Below, piece by piece: positions 61,454 to 64,000 of a DNA stretch of 64,000 nt; position 1 is the first letter of the stretch; every line of letters begins with the position of its first letter. The position numbers and the translations under genes were made by a program. The DNA is from a virus: the IMG/VR virus record IMGVR_UViG_3300015360_003300, positions 7,550 to 71,549 of that record; one strand, given 5' to 3'. Below the pieces are notes generated by a model, which saw only the letters and a list, made by a program, of their open reading frames with translations, had not been told where the DNA came from and searched no databases.

Positions 61454-63337
61454 TTATTTTAAATGCGTAATCACGTTTAAAAAAACATCTATATAACCAT
61501 CGGTGAAAATTACAAGAAGTTTCTTATTTCCTTCTTTCTTCAACTTCGCTGGCCCAAGGACCATAGTTGTTCCACCAGTTTCCTTGATTCGCCAGTTTTT
61601 AATTTGGCTTATATTTACCATTTCATCGCTCGCAATAACTGAATGCACTTGTAAACAACGGGTATTTTTAATATCACACGAACGAGAAATTTCAGAAATT
61701 TGATTTGTGAAATCGTTCCAATCTTTGAGATTAATCGAACCACTAGTATCAACTTGGAAGATAACATCCAGACCACGCTCCCGCTTTTTACCTGGGAAGA
61801 ATCCTTCTATGACACGACTTTCTCGCGACATTGTATAATCAATGTCTTGTGGGTTTGAGTAACTAACGAGTTCCTTCTTCAAAATCTGTTTCCAGTTCTT
61901 ACGACGAACCTTAAACCAATCAAGAATAAGAGCACCAAGGATGTCCATTCCTGGAGTAGCTTTTAAAGCCTTTTCAATTTCCTCTGGATCGTCTGGATTT
62001 ACACCACAACGCTCCAATGAATCTTTGATAGCTGATTTTACTTCACGACGTGATGCGGCAATTTCCATAGGATCAAATCCTTTATGTTCTTCGCGCCCTC
62101 CCTTACCGCGTTGCTTGTTGTTATCGTCATGAAATTCTGGACCAGCCCCATCATTTGCTTTTTTGCATTTTTCAGTTCCGTTAGAACCACCGACCTCAAC
62201 TTTGCCACCCTTACCATCATCTTTGGTTTGGGTAACTGCGTCACCATCGGTACTTTGCTCTCCCCATTTACCATGTGGATCATAACCACCAACACCACTA
62301 CTACTAATGAATATACATGATTCTAGGAGAATACGATAGTAAAGGTCAGCACTTTTGTTAGCAAACTTATCAATACGATTCCATCCAGAAGAACCATCTA
62401 ACATAAATGTATTACGTAGCTCGGTAATCTTCTTGTCAGTAATTTTGTTAAAATCTGTTTTATCATCAATTTTAAAATCGCTTTTAAGTGACTTAGCAAC
62501 CTCGGCATCGGTCTGCATAAGATACTTAATAGTACTGAGGTTAAATCTCTTCATAAATCCAACATTATGATAGGTAATTAATCCCGCAGCAAATTCTTGT
62601 GTAAAGTTGATAGTCTGGTTAATAGCAAAATCTGTTGCAAGATTAAATTGAATAGAATCACGTTCTTCAATTCTAGCAAGGTGATTCCATAAAATGTGAA
62701 ACATTTCATGTACCCATACAGATTCACAATTTTGAGCAACATATGGTACTGTAGTAATTATATTATTCCACGCAATCCACGCATTAAAATCCCATTTTTT
62801 ATTTTTTTTACAGATACGAAGCATTTGCGCCATACCACGATCAAAGCCATACTTATTCAACGCCTCGTCATATTTTTTACATGAACCATCAATAATTTTT
62901 TCCCATTCTTGATGTCTAGCTTCCATGTACTCATTATATTTTTTCTTATCGTTTACAATATTTTCAGGAGCAGCAAGTTCGTCTTTATACGCAACACACA
63001 TGTACAAGTAGTTATAAAACTCCGTTGGGTTGAACCAGATTTTAAAGCGGTGAGCATCAATAAGATATGATGCGGCGGCGATACCAGCAAATGAGAAATC
63101 GTCATATTGCCAAAACCTGTCTGTAGTAGCCCGCCAAAAATTAGACTGTGCGAATTTATCACCAATATAGGTGCTGTTATTGCGTCCAGGCCCACTACAT
63201 TCAAATATGTTATTGTACTCTTTAGCATTACCATTAACAATTTGCCACGCAGTACAGCGACCAAATTGTAATTTCAAAGTAGAATGATTTTCCAAAATTG
63301 GATTTTTTACGTCTACTGTATTATCATGATCTGACAT
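61454..63337 (-). CDS. HEXXH metallopeptidase plus VWA protein (DUF2201-like); C-terminus probably continues in the -1 frame to 61368
   Basis: HEMFH..WNH..R, N.ATD.AIN; MIDAS DTSGS, GGT, FTDG. Confidence 0.88.
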   Translation of the reverse strand: MSDHDNTVDVKNPILENHSTLKLQFGRCTAWQIVNGNAKEYNNIFECSGPGRNNSTYIGDKFAQSNFWRATTDRFWQYDDFSFAGIAAASYLIDAHRFKIWFNPTEFYNYLYMCVAYKDELAAPENIVNDKKKYNEYMEARHQEWEKIIDGSCKKYDEALNKYGFDRGMAQMLRICKKNKKWDFNAWIAWNNIITTVPYVAQNCESVWVHEMFHILWNHLARIEERDSIQFNLATDFAINQTINFTQEFAAGLITYHNVGFMKRFNLSTIKYLMQTDAEVAKSLKSDFKIDDKTDFNKITDKKITELRNTFMLDGSSGWNRIDKFANKSADLYYRILLESCIFISSSGVGGYDPHGKWGEQSTDGDAVTQTKDDGKGGKVEVGGSNGTEKCKKANDGAGPEFHDDNNKQRGKGGREEHKGFDPMEIAASRREVKSAIKDSLERCGVNPDDPEEIEKALKATPGMDILGALILDWFKVRRKNWKQILKKELVSYSNPQDIDYTMSRESRVIEGFFPGKKRERGLDVIFQVDTSGSINLKDWNDFTNQISEISRSCDIKNTRCLQVHSVIASDEMVNISQIKNWRIKETGGTTMVLGPAKLKKEGNKKLLVIFTDGYIDVFLNVITHLK

Positions 63338-63341
63338 TTAT

Positions 63342-63369
63342 TAACTCCTATGTATTATTATAGGAGTTA
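63342..63369 (-). promoter_or_regulatory. 10-bp hairpin burying the VWA-gene SD, with TATAAT in its 5' arm/loop
   Basis: TAACTCCTAT 63342-63351 / ATAGGAGTTA 63360-63369; minus-strand TATAAT at 63362-63357. Confidence 0.7.
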
Positions 63370-63374
63370 TAGAT

Positions 63375-63411
63375 AAAAACAAAGCCCAAAGTAAAAAACT
63401 TTGGGCTTTGT
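63375..63411 (-). terminator. Rho-independent terminator
   Basis: 14-bp stem ACAAAGCCCAAAGT/ACTTTGGGCTTTGT, T run on the minus strand. Confidence 0.88.
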
Positions 63412-63421
63412 GTATCACACA

Positions 63422-64000
63422 CTACTTTTTCTTATTATTTTTCAATACTTTTTTAGTAATATGTTTATTCTTAGACACTTCAGTAACTTTTACTTTTACT
63501 TTTACTTTTACTTTTAAAGCTTCTTCTTGTTTTCTCTTCCAATCACGATATGGATCAACAACGGTTTCCCATATATGAACCCAAACAGCATCTGGTTTTG
63601 CTTTTCTAATAATATCTTCACGAACATTACATTGTTCATTATCAGTACCAGATAGTTTAATATTATATGTATTTGGTATACTATATGGACCCAATACTTT
63701 AAAAATCTTATCGGGCGATCCCTTTAGATAAACTAAATCACCAACTACAAATGGTGTTCGTATTCCATCAGCCCAACACTTTTCCGGCGGTTTATTTCTT
63801 CTAACGCTACCAACAGAAACAGAAAAGTCTCCATCAGCGGACGAAACTTGCACGTCATCTTCAACATCTTCTGTAGGAATTTCGTCAAGGAATGAATTTT
63901 CCCCACTTGTATCGCTTATTTCGTTAGCGGCTTCTTTAAGAATATTTGTTATATCCTCATCATCATCTAGCGATTTAAATGTTTTTGGCGGTCTTGGCAT
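63422..64000 (-). CDS. Hypothetical protein: acidic N-terminus, SH3/KOW-like core, basic tail
   Basis: FVVGDLVYLK...FKV...YNIK; ATG lies at the window edge. Confidence 0.65.
   Translation of the reverse strand: MPRPPKTFKSLDDDEDITNILKEAANEISDTSGENSFLDEIPTEDVEDDVQVSSADGDFSVSVGSVRRNKPPEKCWADGIRTPFVVGDLVYLKGSPDKIFKVLGPYSIPNTYNIKLSGTDNEQCNVREDIIRKAKPDAVWVHIWETVVDPYRDWKRKQEEALKVKVKVKVKVTEVSKNKHITKKVLKNNKKK
63486..63515. repeat. Hexanucleotide microsatellite (ACTTTT)x5 encoding (KV)5
   Basis: Five exact copies. Confidence 0.95.

Noticed and set aside
499-63264. Numerous 60-140 aa ORFs antisense or out of frame to the main genes (e.g. 10141-10545, 16700-17074, 32647-33054, 59892-60323)
   Set aside because: They overlap well-supported genes and show no motifs or RBS; treated as shadow ORFs
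1-64000. Stop-codon reassignment as in some large phages
   Set aside because: Conserved genes are full length and tile densely under the standard code
1-64000. tRNA or rRNA genes
   Set aside because: Intergenic gaps are almost all about 100 nt or less and very AT-rich; no cloverleaf or T-loop (GTTCGA) context was recognised, though tRNAscan was not run

Overview
AT-rich 64-kb segment of a large T4-like (Tevenvirinae-style) myophage genome, densely coding in the standard genetic code. From left to right: a replication block (gp45 sliding clamp, gp44/gp62 clamp loader, RegA, ThyA, gp61 primase); a 10-gene sugar-nucleotide/glycosyltransferase cluster (Gmd, Fcl/ColC, ColD, methyltransferase, about 6 GT-like genes, consistent with GDP-colitose/fucose glycosylation); a late-promoter block of probably capsid-packaged enzymes (Pol-beta-type nucleotidyltransferase, a ligase-like plus HXGH-nucleotidyltransferase fusion, a restriction-endonuclease-like nuclease); class II RNR, patatin, HNH and RecB/Cas4-like nuclease; a 26-kb baseplate/tail module (gp5, gp25, expanded gp6, gp7-like, large kelch/lectin-like proteins, poly-Ser protein); and a minus-strand block (ClpP, dNMP kinase, MoxR AAA+, HEXXH/VWA protein whose C-terminus lies in the -1 frame after a slippery site). 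Recurrent promoter-overlapping hairpins bury ribosome-binding sites, and several transcripts look leaderless. No tRNA, rRNA, CRISPR array or IS element was recognised. All calls come from motif recognition by eye; no database searches were run.
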